A stretch of DNA of 64,000 nt, taken from NCBI GenBank assembly GCA_036785375.1, contig JAWMAR010000391.1, positions 1,674,001-1,738,000 of the forward strand, in the 5' to 3' direction. Below are positions 12,562-26,378 of the stretch, one piece after another; position 1 is the first letter of the stretch; each line of letters starts with the position of its first letter. The notes under the pieces are model-generated. The model saw nothing but the letters and a program-made list of their open reading frames with translations. It did not search any database and was not told where the DNA came from. The position numbers and the translations under genes were made by a program. The stretch is from Leucoraja ocellata (Eukaryota).

Positions 12562-14616
12562 ATGCTAATACCATTTGTCTACTCCTTACTCTCCAGGTAC
12601 CTATTCTTTAAAGTGCAGTAACTATATCTACTTCTACCACCATCTCTGGAGGTTTGTTACATACCACCACCACCTTCTATGTGAAAAACCTGCTCCTCAG
12701 ATCACCCATTTCATGTTAAATCTATACCCTTAAGTTTTAAGAATGTCTTACCCTGAGAAAGACTCTAACTACCATATGTATGCCCTTCATAATTTTCTAA
12801 ACCTTTATAAAGTCATTTCTCAGTCTCCTAATTAAGAGAGAACAATCTAGACTATCCATTCTTGTAACCAAACCCCACCATCCGACGTAACATCCTGCTG
12901 AATCTCTTTCTAATGTTACCACAATCTTCCTTGGTGTGGCAACCAGACTTGTGCACAATACTTCAAGTGGAGTAAATCTACAACATGATGTCCCAACTAT
13001 AGACATAAAGTGTTGGAATAACTTTATGGGTCAGGCAGCATCTTTGGATAAATAGGATGTACCAACTCTTGTACTCAATGGCCCAACCTAGAAGGTAAGC
13101 ATGTCAAATGTTTATCACATTACCCTATCCACCTGCTTCGCCATTTTCAGGGAATCACGAACTTGTACCCCAATACTTCTATGTACCTCAACACGCCTTA
13201 GATCCTTGCCATTTGCTGTATATGTTCTGCACTTATTTGACGAGCCATAATATTGGCTTCGTTCTGGATTAAATTCCATCCACCCAACTTTTATCCCCAC
13301 AGTTTAATATATTAGTCTGAAACTTCCTTGACGATCTTACCACAAACATGACATTAGTTTCCTCAGGTGGGACGAATCTAAGTTACAAGCTAAATTGGAT
13401 CACTGTCATACTGCAAAGTCAGAATTACAGAGAGAGGCAGAAAGTCCATTTCTAGATTTTCACAAAAGGACACAATGTTCTGGAGTAACTCAGCAAGACA
13501 GGTAGCATCTCTGGAGAACATGGATAGATGATGTTTCAGATCAAGACACTACTTTATAGTGTTTCATAATATTTGCAACTCTGCGGAGTCACCTCAAGAG
13601 AAAATTCCCTTTCCAGTTATAAAGCAGAAATCTATCCAATCTTTCCTACTAACTCAAGGCCCAACAGTGGATGATCCTCATGACGCTTTATCATCATTTC
13701 CAGTGTTTGATATCTCCAACGTCTCGTTAACTCTCACTGGATGCAATTTACTGTACTTCTAATAAATAAATAAATAAATAAATAAACTCTCACTGGATGT
13801 TACAAAAAACTCAAGCTGTTGCTGACATGCATGATAGAAACATTGACACATAGAAAATAAATGCAGGAGTAGGCCATTCGGCCCTTCGAGCCAGCACCGC
13901 TATTCAATATGATCATGGCTGATCATCCAAAATCCGTACCCCGTTCCAGCTTTTCCCCATATCCATTGATTCCTTTAGCCTGAAGAGTTAAATCTAACTC
14001 TCTCTTGTTAGATATAGTTTGATCAAAACATCTTCTCACATGTACTCTACTGTTTTGACTAAGTATCTTTCCAGTGGCAATTGAATGCCAAGATGAATCA
14101 ACTACACATTAAGTCTTCAAATAAATCAGCTGCCAAGCTTCCTTTCATCTTAAGTGTATATGCCGCCCTCTTTTCCATCTGCTGAAATTAGATTGTGGCT
14201 TACTAAATTTCATGTGTAACTGTTTTGGCCAGTATTTTCTTTAAACCATTTTGTGTTTTTTTGTGTTTTGGGTATACCTTGCGTATGTATGCAAGCAAAG
14301 AATTTCACTGTGACTTGTCACATGCAACAATAAAGTATTCATTCATACAATTATAGATAATTGGAATTACGAAAATGATAAAGAATTCCAATTAGCAATT
14401 TAGGATTAAGTTTATCATTGGGGCAGATGCTACATCATATAATGGGTAAATTCATTAACCGAAAAGGAATACGTGGCTCTTATGATTTCCTGTGCTGCAC
14501 TAATGTATGAGGGAATTGGAGTGGAGTTTCTCAGAAAATGTACTTCCCTTATTTCCCTTCTACATTTTTTGCTTAGAATCATGAAGTATGTGGGTGCGCT
14601 GGGTAGAGGGGAGTTA

Positions 14617-15006
14617 AGGGCCTGTCCCACGAGCAGGCGACTGCATGCGGCGAGCACGACCAAACCGGAAGCGGGGGACGTGCGGTGGTCGAATGATCCC
14701 GTCCGAGTTGATGTGAAGTTCGAGCGAAGGCGTACGGCGTCAAGACGCTGCGTACTGCGTCAAGACTCTGCACACGCCCATCGAGGAGATGTGTATGGCC
14801 TCAAAGCGGCTGCGGGCCGGCAGGCCGTTGCCGAGCGGAATTTTTGGAAGTTTTTCGGAGCCCCGCGCAATGTCGGGACCAGCTCCGCACAACTCCATAC
14901 GGCTCCGGCGATCGAAGTGGGACCGGCCCCGTGATGCCGTACGGCTCAAACGACCACGTTAGGTCGTGCTTGCCGCATGCGGTCGCATGCTCGTGGGACA
15001 GGCCCT
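14617..15006. mobile_element. CpG-rich MITE with ~45-bp TIRs AGGGCCTGTCCCACGAGCA...
   Basis: Near-perfect terminal inverted repeats with TTA/TAA flanks (can also be read as TTAA). Retained CpGs suggest a young insertion. Confidence 0.85.
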
Positions 15007-15599
15007 TAAGGCATCTCGTCCTCACCATGGGATTGAGGCAAAGATTTGAGAGGCCAGCTTATCCATCAATTTTATAAAATATACGAACTTCAAACTATTT
15101 TTGTGATAGCTAAAAAATCTTCGATTTTATTTCACAATAGTTGGAAATTATTAGATTCAAATAATGCACTTGATATATGACAGGTTCACGGCTCCAGCCA
15201 GTTAACGTAAATAACCCATTCAGAATTTTTTTAAACGTTTCATATCTAAATAAAAGAGTCAGGAATCAGACAACTAAGAGAGAATTTCTGGTGTTTGGAT
15301 GACTTGATGCCAGCACGTTGTATTGAGTGATACAGCAGAAGGTAATAAAAACAATCAATGTTTATATTTTAATGTTTCTTAATGTGAGATGAAAGCAATG
15401 ATGTAAAGTTACTTTACACCATTGAGTAGAATTCTACACATTATTAAAACCCTTGAAGAACCAAAGAGGGAGAGGAACAGAGCAGCAGGGCATTAGACTA
15501 AAGCTTGTCAGCTTTGCTCTTCAAGTGCCCTGAACCTCATCCTGAATCAAAAACATCTACTGCATACATATATTGAAATTCTAATCCATGCACCATCCA

Positions 15600-17480
15600 A
15601 CCTTTCAGAGATTCATAGATATACAGCACAGAAACAGGTCCCTAGGCCCAAATCATCCATGCCAACCAAAATGCCTATCCACACTAGTCCCATATGCCTG
15701 CAATTGGCCCATAAATCTCAAAACCTTTCCAATCCACATACCTGTCCAAATGTCTTTTAAACATTATGATGTATCTACTTGCTCTGGCAACTCATTCCAC
15801 ACTCATTCATTTGAAAAACTTGCCCTTGGGGTTCCCTTTAAACGTTTTCCTCATACTTTAAAACTCTGCCCTCCAGTTTTGGACTCCCTGATCTATGGAA
15901 AAAGAATGTGGCTATTTACCAATCAATGCCATTCATAATTTTGTAACATCTGCATGGTCACCAATCAGGCTCCATCACTGCAGGTAAACAGTCCGAGCCG
16001 ATCCAATATCCTAATAACTTAAGCCCCAGGCCTGGCAGCATTCCCATGAATCCTTTCTACATCCTCTATGGGCTTATAACTTTGTTCCCATTGTGTGTTG
16101 ACTAGAACACCATACACTACTCGAGTATGACCTAACCAACAAGTTATACAATTGTAACGTGAATTCCCAACTCCTACACTCAGTTCCTCGTCTTATGAAG
16201 GCAAACATGCTACATATATTCTTCACCATTCAATTTACTTCTGTCATAATTTTCAGGGAATTGTGTACTCGCACTCCATGTATTCAATAACACTCCAAAG
16301 ACCCTACCGTCAACCCACTTATCTAAGTTAAATTTCATCTGCCACTCTCTAGTCCATTTTCTCAGTTGTTCTATGTCCTGTTGGAACCTTAGATCCCTGC
16401 GGCACACACTGGTTACAGTTGTGCAATCTGAAAAGCAACCCCCCATTATCATGCTTTGACTCCTACCATATTGTACCCAATTTTGTACCCAATTCGCTAT
16501 CTCATATTGGATCTCATGTACTCTAATGGGCCTGGGTGATTTTTCAGGCGACTGCTGGTGACTGTCAAGTTGCCGGCAGTCGCCTGAAAAATCGGCAACT
16601 GGAACGGCGACTGTCAGTGGAACACACACACACACATCGCTTCCTTCACCAGCCTGTTATGCAGGCGGGGGACAGGGCAAGCGGGGGGAGCGTTGCTCTT
16701 GACAGGCCCATTACCTTCCGGAGCAACTTCAAAGTCCATGTAGCCAACATCCGCTATCCTTCCCTTATCAATTAGCCATCCTTCAGTACCTCAAATGTGG
16801 GAATCAATGATATAAAAATCTCTTGCCAGGACACCAGCAATTTCACTTCAGACAAAATCCCAGGATACACCCAGTCAGGCACTGGACTTTCAATCCACCT
16901 TTATGTGCTTCAGGATCTCCAGCATCTTCTTCTTTAGCACATCGTTAGGCTTCAGGAGATTGCTGCTCTCTTCCCTGATCTCTCTAGTTTACACATCCTT
17001 TGCCACAGTAAACACAGGTGAGCAGTATTAATTTATGGATCCACTCATCTCCCGTGGTTCCACACATAGATTATCACTCAAACCCTCAGGAGACCAATTC
17101 TCTCCAAATCCTTTTCTTACCATTTCTTAATATAGTTACAGAGTCGTTTTGGATTCTCCTATGCCTTATCTGTCAGGGGTATCGCATGGCCCCTTTTTTG
17201 CACTCCTATATTTTAAGTGTACTCCTGTATGCCTTATACTCCTCAAGGGACACACTTGATCCCAGCTGCCTCAACCCGACATATACATGCTTATTTTTCC
17301 TGGCCTGAGCCTCAATTGTCCTCGTCAGCCAGCGTTTCCTAATCCTGCCAACCTTGCCCTTCACTCTAAGCTGTCCCTGAACTCCCCCTACCTTACTTTT
17401 AAAATCCACTCACTTGTCAAACATCCCTTTACCTGCAAACAGCCTCTCCCCATCAACCTGTACAAATCCCCATCTAATGC
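15600..17480 (-). mobile_element. Old degraded CR1-type LINE with a nested MITE (16527-16710)
   Basis: Relic peptides EIANWVQNW, QQDIEQLRKWTREWQMKFNLDK and SLEEYKAYRSTLK. The nested element is bounded by tgggcctg...acaggccca. Confidence 0.7.
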
Positions 17481-19023
17481 CACTTTAGAGGAGCGGAATT
17501 TGAATTTCCTTCCCATTTTATGGAAACAAATATGTTTCTACTCAATCATTTTGCACAATTTTATTCGGTCACAATTATCTTTAAACTATGTAGACTGCAA
17601 CATGTTTATTCAGTCTTTTGTTATAATTCACATCTTCAGACTCAGACATCATTGTGTGGAATGCTTGTTGTACTCCTTGCATAGCTAATGCACCTTTCCT
17701 GAGATCCTGTGCCTGAATGCATCAGTTCAAACGGGGTTTGAGCGCTGCTCTGTACAATTTAACCAACACTTCTTGACATTTAAAAATGCAACCTCCTTGA
17801 AATAAAGGCCAACATTTTATGATTAATTTGCTGTTAATATTTATGGATATTAACGCAAACAGAATTGTTCCACTGCACCTCCTCGTTTGCCACTATTTAG
17901 AAAATATTAGAGTTACAGAGTCATATAGCAAAGAAACAGGCCTTTCCATTTTCCTCAGTTTGCCCATATCTCTATAACTTTTCCTTTCATGTACCAGTCC
18001 AAATTTATTTTAAATGTTGTTAATGTTCCTATGATATGTTTCTCAGATCCAAATTGAATAATCTCACATTTCCTTGTTAAATTACATTTTTCAGGGTTTT
18101 GATTACTCAGTTTATTTAATTCTTAGCACATATACTATACTGGCAAGGTTATAATTTCCTAATTGACCATGAATGTCTTGCTGGGCCATTTGAGAGAGCA
18201 GTGAGGAGTTAACAACATTGCTGGGGTTTTGAAGCCACATGCATATAGATTGGTTAAGGCTGGCAGATTTCCTTCCCTAGGTAACATGAGTGGATCAGAT
18301 TTTATGATCATGGTGACCATTACTCATTTTAGCTTTATACGTTTATAAATTGACCAAATCTAATATTTCCCAGCCACTCTGGTTAGTTCTTCCCTTGAGA
18401 TCAGCATTCCAGCTCTTTGGATGACAAGAATCAATATGTTACTTGTAGTAACAAAAACAGAACGCTGGAAGAATTCAGCAAGTCAAGCGGCATTTATGGA
18501 GCCAAAAGATGTTCGGCATTATTTCAGGTCAAGGTCTATGTGCAATCCCCTTGAATTGAACACCAAGAACAAATATGAATGGAAAAACATTTATATACCA
18601 ATTAGAATAGGAACATCACTGCCTCTAGACTTTTTGAAAACATCATAAAACAACACCAGCAATTTCCATGATCAGTTTGAAATATTGACTGCAATGATAA
18701 CAAAAAATCATTCATCCAGTCTCTGAAAGTGAAAGAAAAGAAATTGAATGCCATGACTCTGTAAGTTATGAGCACTGCTTTAGAAACAATTGCTAACGTA
18801 ATGTGGTTCAGAGAGACACTGCTCAAAATTGTTTTAAGATCCATGCAAAGTGGTAACTAGCGGAGTTTACACAATATTTACTGCTGTTGAGCAATGGTTT
18901 ACGCTCAATTACATATCCCTCCAGAAATGCAACTACATTGCATCAGTTACTTAAGCTAATGCCATTTGGAATCATGCTGCAATTAAACTAATTCCTCAAA
19001 GCAACTGAAATAACTCTAACAAA

Positions 19024-19146
19024 GGTACACAAAAATGCTGGAGAAACTCAGCGGGTGCAGCAGGATCTATGGTGCTGCTGCACCCGTTGAGTTTCTCCAG
19101 CATTTTTGTGTACCTTCGATCTTCCAGCATCTGCAGTTCCTTCTTG
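19024..19146. mobile_element. Penelope-derived fold-back insertion with 12-bp TSD
   Basis: aactctaacaaa at 19012-19023 and 19147-19158. Arms ggtacacaaaaatgctggagaaactcagcgggtgcagcag / ctgctgcacccgttgagtttctccagcatttttgtgtacc. Confidence 0.8.
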
Positions 19147-20114
19147 AACTCTAACAAATACAAGTTTGTCCTTTAAACATTTATTGACAAAACTCCCCAA
19201 AAATTAGCAGAATTACGCAGATGTTATAATTTCAATTCAAATTATTTACTCAAATCTCTTACCTTGCAACATACCATTCCCCATGGGCAATGTTGATCTT
19301 TAACCTCCTTACAGGATCACCCTGGAGTTCTCAAAATTGAAAATGATTTCACAGCCTCTGAAGAGACTTTTAATCTATGTATATTTGCATTATATTTCAT
19401 AGTAGAAATGTTTGGCAATAAATACCACTGCTCTAAGCACCCACTCCTGTTGTAAGAATTATTTTAGTTTAGTTTCAAAAATATAATGTGGAAACAGGCC
19501 CTTCCGAAGCACTGATCAGCGATCACCCGTACCCTATTTCTATCCTACGCTTTTATTTTCTATCCAAATTCTTTATACAAACTTGCAGTAAAGGAAATAA
19601 CATGACAGCATCATGACAATATTCATTTAATTTTACTATAAATTGCATTTTATTTCAATGACCTAGACTGAAAATTAACATTGTAAAATCCAAATAAAAT
19701 CACTTTAGACGTTGCACACACTTACAGTTCTAATAATTCCAAAGACTAAATTCTCTCTTTGAATGCATATGTCCTGCAGCCAAATGCATTGATCTGAAAA
19801 GTAGTAAACACTGTCAACTGGGCTATTTATGATTTTGCATAGATCATAAATACTAACTGTGTGCCAAGGAATTTATTTACTCTAGACCACTTTATACGAC
19901 CATCATCTCACAAAAAATGTATAAAATGACGGCATTATGGTAATTGTGACATAATGACATTTATTGTTAAGGCCGAGTTGGCCAAGATTCCACAGCAGAA
20001 AATTAATTGCAATAACAGAGATCCTGCAAGTTCTAACACAATTAGCTGGCAGGTCTTTTGAAACTGCTACTGAAAGCACCAAAGCTGGAACTCAGCAAAC
20101 CAACATGAACCCCA

Positions 20115-20265
20115 AGGAGAGACACAAAATGCAAACTCAAGTCTGAAATAGGATCTCGACCCAAAACGTCACCTATTCCTTTTCTCCAGAGATGCTGTCT
20201 GACCCACTGAATTACTCTGGCAGTTTTTGTCAAGTAAACCAGCATCTACAGTTCCTTCCTACACA
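20115..20265 (+). mobile_element. Penelope-derived short insertion with 13-bp TSD
   Basis: aacatgaacccca at 20102-20114 and 20266-20278; contains gtctgaaataggatctcgacccaaaacgtcac. Confidence 0.75.
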
Positions 20266-20776
20266 AACATGAACCCCAGCATATTTTTAAACATCTTGAA
20301 ATTCCTCACCTCTTTAGCCACCACAATCCCAGATATCCCACTTAGAGCATGACGTATTGGTCGGGATGATTAACATGTTTTCTCACTTACGCATGTATAG
20401 AGAAGACAGACAGACAAAGGGAGACAGACCATTGAGGAATTGGTAATTATACACGTCAAGAATAAATATGACAAATTTGATCTCTCTATTAATTTGGTTG
20501 TCTCCAAGAGGAAAAATGAAAACAAAGAATAACATTGAAGTCGTGCTGTTTGGATTAGCAAAAGCTATCATGTATGCAGTAAAGTACTTTACAACCAATC
20601 AATAGAATACATTTTGAAATGGCAGCCAATTGTTCACAGAAAATGCAAGCAGCAAAATAAATTTGGTGAAATAATCTATTCCCTTTATATCATGGTAGAT
20701 AGGAGTAAACATTATCTAGAACAACAAAAAAGACTCACTAGTCTAGGAATAGTGCCTTAGGTTCTTTTGATTCTAA

Positions 20777-21125
20777 TGGGCGTCCCACTGTACGAGTTCA
20801 CGCAGGAGCTCTCCCGAGTTTAAAAAAATATTCAAACTCGTGAAAGCATGTAGAATGTACGTGGCAGGCACGTCGGAGCTCGGGACGTCTCTTAGCGGCT
20901 CGTAACGCTAACGGCAGGTACTCGGGAAACGCGGTAAGCTTGGGAAGACTCGTAAAGATTTTTCAACTTGTTGAAAAATGAACCCCAAGGATAGACGCAA
21001 CATGCTGAAAAATGTCCTTGAGAGCCCCGAGTACCTACGAGCGACTATTACCTTAATTCTCCGAGTTCGAACCAGAGGAAACGTATGAGAACTCTTGAAT
21101 TAACTCGTACAGTGGGACAGCCTCA
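20777..21125. mobile_element. MITE, same family as 838-1157, TAA TSD
   Basis: Shared interior (gagctctcccgagtt, cggagctcgggacgtctcttagcg, gagagccccgag) and gtcccactgtacgagtt / aactcgtacagtgggacag TIRs. Confidence 0.8.
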
Positions 21126-24100
21126 TAACCAAGAATGCAGAGAAGGCCATAGCTTGATGCTGAAATAAGCATCTATCTGTGTTACTATATCTGTGATGCA
21201 CTGTAATGTCAGACGAGATTTTGCGATCATGTTTTTGGAATAGGACTTGAACTCATGACCAAGGTGACGGAACAATCCAGAATGTATAGAACAATACATT
21301 TTTGTTTCCATGATCTAGATTAGGAAAGTAAATTGAACTTTTCACAAAGTCATAAAAGCATTATGTGATCTAACTACACATATTTGCTTTTGCCCCATTT
21401 TCATTGATATCCATGGTTAACAAAAGATTAACAAACTCAATTTCACCATTAAAAATGTACTTCGCAATAGTTATGATTTTGCAGTAAAGAGTTCGAAACT
21501 CAGCACCCATGTCTAAAATCCAATATTAAAAGGCCTGACTACATTTTAAAACCACAGCTCCAAGTAGTAGACTCTTCAACAACATCACCAGCTTCACCAT
21601 CTACATTAGTTCCCCCAGACGGAATGCTTACAAAATCACCTCATAGTCTTTGAAATTATGACAATGGAACTATGGTGCATGTAATCCTTCTTTAATAATT
21701 TAAGGTTTGAAGTCCAGCAACCAATCTGGTAAATGTATTTTAACGTCATCAAAGCACAAACATTGCTCAAATGGTAGACCCCAGAATTATTCACAGTATG
21801 TGCATATCTAGCGCTTTGTATTCTTGTTTCATCATAGACACTTTGGATACAAAAGCCAGCATGTTATTAACTAGAGATAAACACAAAATGTTGGAGTAAC
21901 TCAGCGAGACGGGCAGCATCTCTGGATAGTTTATTAACTAGATTTGACAATTTTGATGTTTTATTACTGGTTTTAGATTTTCTTTATTTAGAAGTAAATT
22001 TCTCTTTCTTTTCAATCCAAAATTTTTAAACGTCACATTGACGCCCACTGACATCCATTTGTCACGCTGCGATCACCTTGTGTTTAATGTGTTCCTCACT
22101 GCTGACAATGCCATCTTCCTTTGTGTTATTGGTAAACTTGGCCAGGTGGCTTTCTATCCTACCAGCTGCTTACAATGATGGAAATTAAGTGCAACTGCAG
22201 ATCCATGAGGCATCATCGAGGTAACTTTCATTTTCCTTTTTCTCTGACTCTTGCCACTCAGCATCTTTCCAAAAATAAGTCAATAATTTGACTTGAAGTC
22301 TGTGACCTTCACCTTCAATTAAAAGTTAGTTTTGGGGGGTTTGATGAAATGCTTTGTGGATGTAGGTAGATTTAACATGCATTGACATATGCCTGTAGAC
22401 ACTTTTAGCCATTTCTACAAAGGTCTAATATTATTTGTCAGACGAGACCTTTTCCAATATAAAAGTGTTCACGAATTGAAAGAAAATTATATGATTATGG
22501 CTCAAACATCAGCAGTGTGTTCACTAACCTTAGAAACCCAGGGGTAGAATTCTTAAGGATCTAGGAAACTGTTGGCCTTTGCTGCCATTACACGTTTCAT
22601 CACTGCGTTCATTCTAGTTCTGATTCTTATGTAAACTCTGGTGTATCTTCACTCCTAATGTTATGCCATCTAATATAGAACCCATGATCACAGTGAATGG
22701 AGTGGCGATAGTGGAGACAGTACCATTCTGGATATAAGCAAAGGAGATGCTAAGTTTATTTTAAATTATTGCAAGCTTCTAAAGTTGTAATTATCATAGA
22801 AATATACAATGCACAAATGAATCGTGATGCCCATCTACCTTCATCATCCCATTTGCCTGCATTAGCCTTGTATTCTTCTATGCTTTACCTATCCAAGTAT
22901 TTGCCGTTTAAACATTGTAATTGTATCAGCCTCTACCACCACCTCTGATAACTCGTCCATACTGCTACCACCTTCTGTGTGAGAAACCTACTCCTCAGAT
23001 ATTCTTTAAATTTTGCCCCTCTTACCTTAAACCTGTGTCCTTTAGTTCTAGATTCCCTTGCTGTGGAAGAAAGATTCTGACTATAATTTGTTCCAATGTC
23101 CCTCATAGTTATATAACCTCTATTAAATCAGTTTTCAGGTGCCTGAGAATAAACCTAGCAACAAAGTTGGTCAGGATGATGGCTGAGGGAATTTATAATG
23201 TCAATCCTCCATTCCATTAAACATTTTGGGGTGTTTCTTCTACACTCTCTCTATTACCATTACCTCCTTCCTATGGTATGATGACCAGAACTGTACACAA
23301 TTCCTAAGTGTGGTGGAACCAATTTTTTGTACAGCTGCAACATGATGTCCCAACGCCTCAATGAGTCCAGACTAAATTCCATATGCCGTCACTTTGCCCA
23401 TGTTTCTAGCTGACCTATGTCCTGCTGACTCTTTGGACAACCTTCGTCGCAACTATAATCCTGGAGGAGGGGAAAGGTTGTTGGTGGGAAAGAACAGGTT
23501 TGAGATTAATGAGTGGTTTCAGAGTCTCAAGGGAGTGGGGTGGAGGGTATTGAGTTTCCACCTGGCCAGGGTTGTGGGTCTTGAGGGATCACTTCCATGT
23601 GGGATAAGTAAGTTATTTAAAGAGGACCCACTTGAAGTTGGTGTTTAAATAATAATATGACAGGTTTACTCCTACGTAATTGGCCCGTACTTCTCAGAAC
23701 CTTGGATAAAAATCACACAGGACCTGCCAAGTCAAGCATTCCATTCCTATCATATATCACTGTATATATCTATGCACCTCTCCACAATAACACATCAAAT
23801 GCAAGGGGTATCTGGAAGAGAATTCTTGGGCTTCACATACCTCACAGTAAGCCTTTAACTTTGCTTTATAATCATTTTTAGGGAAATGTTATAGCATATT
23901 TAATGTCATGTAATGTCTTGGTTGAGTATTTTGTGAGAGTCTCACCATTGAGAACAGCATGACATTTAAACAAGCTTGATGCCGTTTGCTTTCCCGTAGT
24001 CCAGTGAAAAGTTGCTGCCCAGGACCAATTTGTTTGCACTTCTCTACATTTATATCCTTACAAACCTATTGGTCAGACTCGTAAAATCAGTATCTTGGTT

Positions 24101-24489
24101 GGCAAACCAACACAAACATTCTTCTCCGAAATTACAACTTTTTGGTGCTGAATTGAACCAAATTAACTTCTTTTCTGGACACATTTATAGAACAAAGTCA
24201 ATGAAAGTAGGGTTCAAAATGTTGCTTTTGCTATAGTTCATATTCACATAAAGCAACTGAGAATAACTGCTCCCCCCATTTTCTTTTTAATTGCTGCTTT
24301 CACCCATAAATTGAATTGGAGAACCATGCTTACACAACATAAAGTCTTACTGATCATCTCGAGTTATGGAATCATACAGCACAGAAATGGGCTTTTGGTC
24401 CACCTTGTCCATGCTAACCATGATATCTAACTATGCTAATCCTATTTGATCATATTCAGCTTCTCTCTCTCTACACCTTTCATAACAAG

Positions 24490-25115
24490 GCAAATGCAAA
24501 ATGTAAGCATTCATTTTGAGAGGACTACAAAATAAAAGAAAATATGTAATACTGAGGCTTTTTACGGAGATGGCAAGCTCCCATTTAGATATTGTGAGCA
24601 GTTTGGGTCCCAAATCTGAGGAAGGATGTGCTGTCATTGAAAAGGGTCCAGAGGAGGTTTACAAGAATGATCCCAGGGATAAATCATTAACGTATGAGGA
24701 GCGTTTGATGGCTCTGGGCCTGTACTCGCTAAGACGTTTAGAAGGATGAATGCGGATTTCATTGGAACCTACCAATAATGAAAAGCCTAGATAGAGTGAA
24801 TGTGGAGAGCATGCTTCCCGTAGTGGGATAATCTAGGACTAGAGGGCACAACCTCAGAATAAAAGGATGTATCTTTATAATAGAGATGAGATGACATGAA
24901 ACTTCTTTAGCCAGACGGTGGTGAATTTGTGGAATTCATTGCAGTGGAGGGCAAGTGATTGGGTATTTTTAAAGCGAAGATTGATAAGTTCTTGATTAGT
25001 AAGGGTGTCAAAGGTTATGGGGTTAAGGCAGGATAATATGGTTAATAGCAAAAAATAGATCAGCCATGATCGAATGGCAGAGCAGACTCGATGGGCTGAA
25101 TGACCTAATTCTCCC
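24490..25115 (+). mobile_element. Degraded CR1-type LINE 3' portion
   Basis: LTYEERLMALGLYSL, ttctttagccagacggtggtgaatttgtggaattcattg, and the 3' UTR gatcagccatgatcgaatggcagagcagactcgatgggctgaatg. Confidence 0.8.
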
Positions 25116-25959
25116 CCGATGCTCATGATATTGTTGAAGTATTTGTCCAATGCAGTTTAACCACTGTAATTGTATCTGCCTCTGTCACCTTCGCTGGCAG
25201 CTAGTCACATATTCACCAGTCCATCTGAATAATGTGCCTGTTAGATGTCCTTGACTGCAGTGATTTTAGTGAGAAGTTAATGACATCTTAAAATCACCAA
25301 ATAGCTTTTAATTAAATTTTCTGTTTAGACCTGTTCAACAGTTGCAGAGCAGCCAGTTTCAAAACTAACCTTTGTAACATCACCCACAGAAGTTTCTTAA
25401 AAACCTGACTTAAATCAGTTCTTTATCATCTGCTGACTGCAGTCTTTCTAATAAAACTCTCAATTTTAAAGGTTTACTTTAATACTGAGGTGTGGAATTT
25501 ATTGAAGAAAGCTTTCACTGAAATCTAATTTCACCCAATTAAACTGAAAGAATTCCAGCAGGTGAAGGTTCTCAAATGAACTACTGCTTGAAATAGCCTG
25601 TTCTGGAGTCATATTGTGAAAAATGAGTAGTTTAGAATAAAGTAGATTACAGTAGAATACAGTTACACTACACCATACAGAAATAACATAATATTTCAGT
25701 GGTCCACAGAAGTTCTTTCCTGACCACATTCTGTTCTTCCTACATTTCAAGACTGAATTAATCCAGTTAGTGGCTACAAAATGCTGCACAGTAATGGCTG
25801 CAGTTTCTATTCCACTTCCAAAATGCAATACTATATAGTAACAGCCCCACCGTACAGTTTAAATCTGTTTCACAGCAGTGTATTGTATTATATGAAACAT
25901 TGGCTATAAAGTCCTTTGAAATTACTTGCAAGGAAGGCGAAGGAAGCTATATAAATGTA

Positions 25960-26378
25960 TTGTTTAAGAAAGAACTGCAGATGCTGGAAAAATCGAAGGT
26001 GGACAAAAATGCTGGAGAAACTCAGTGTGAGGCAGCATCTATGGAAAGAAGGAATAGGCGACGTTTCAAGTCGAGACCCTTGTTCAGACTGGTGTCGGGA
26101 GGGGGCGGGAAAAAGAAAGGACGAGGCGGAGATAGTAGCCATGTGAGAGAGCTGGGAAGGGGGAGGGGAAGGAGGGAGAAAGCAAGGACTATCTGAAATT
26201 AGAGAAGTCAATGTTCATACCACTGGGGTGTAAACTACCCAAGCGAAATATGAGGTGCTGTTCCTCAAATTTGCGCTGGACCTCACAATGGAGGAGGCCC
26301 AGGACAGAAAGGTCATATTCAGAATGGGAGGGGGAGTTGAAGTGCTGAGCCACTGGGAGATCAGGTAGGTTAGTGCAA
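25960..26378 (-). mobile_element. Penelope-like element 3' fragment (end of GIY-YIG region and terminal repeat)
   Basis: Reverse complement parallels 35820-36212 (cctgatctcccagtggctcagcacttcaactcccc; SANLRNSTSYFAW frame) and continues into the ccagcatctgcagttctttctta terminus. Confidence 0.75.

Noticed and set aside
14430-15077. Cluster of overlapping ORFs on both strands
   Set aside because: A by-product of a GC-rich palindromic MITE; no recognisable protein motifs.
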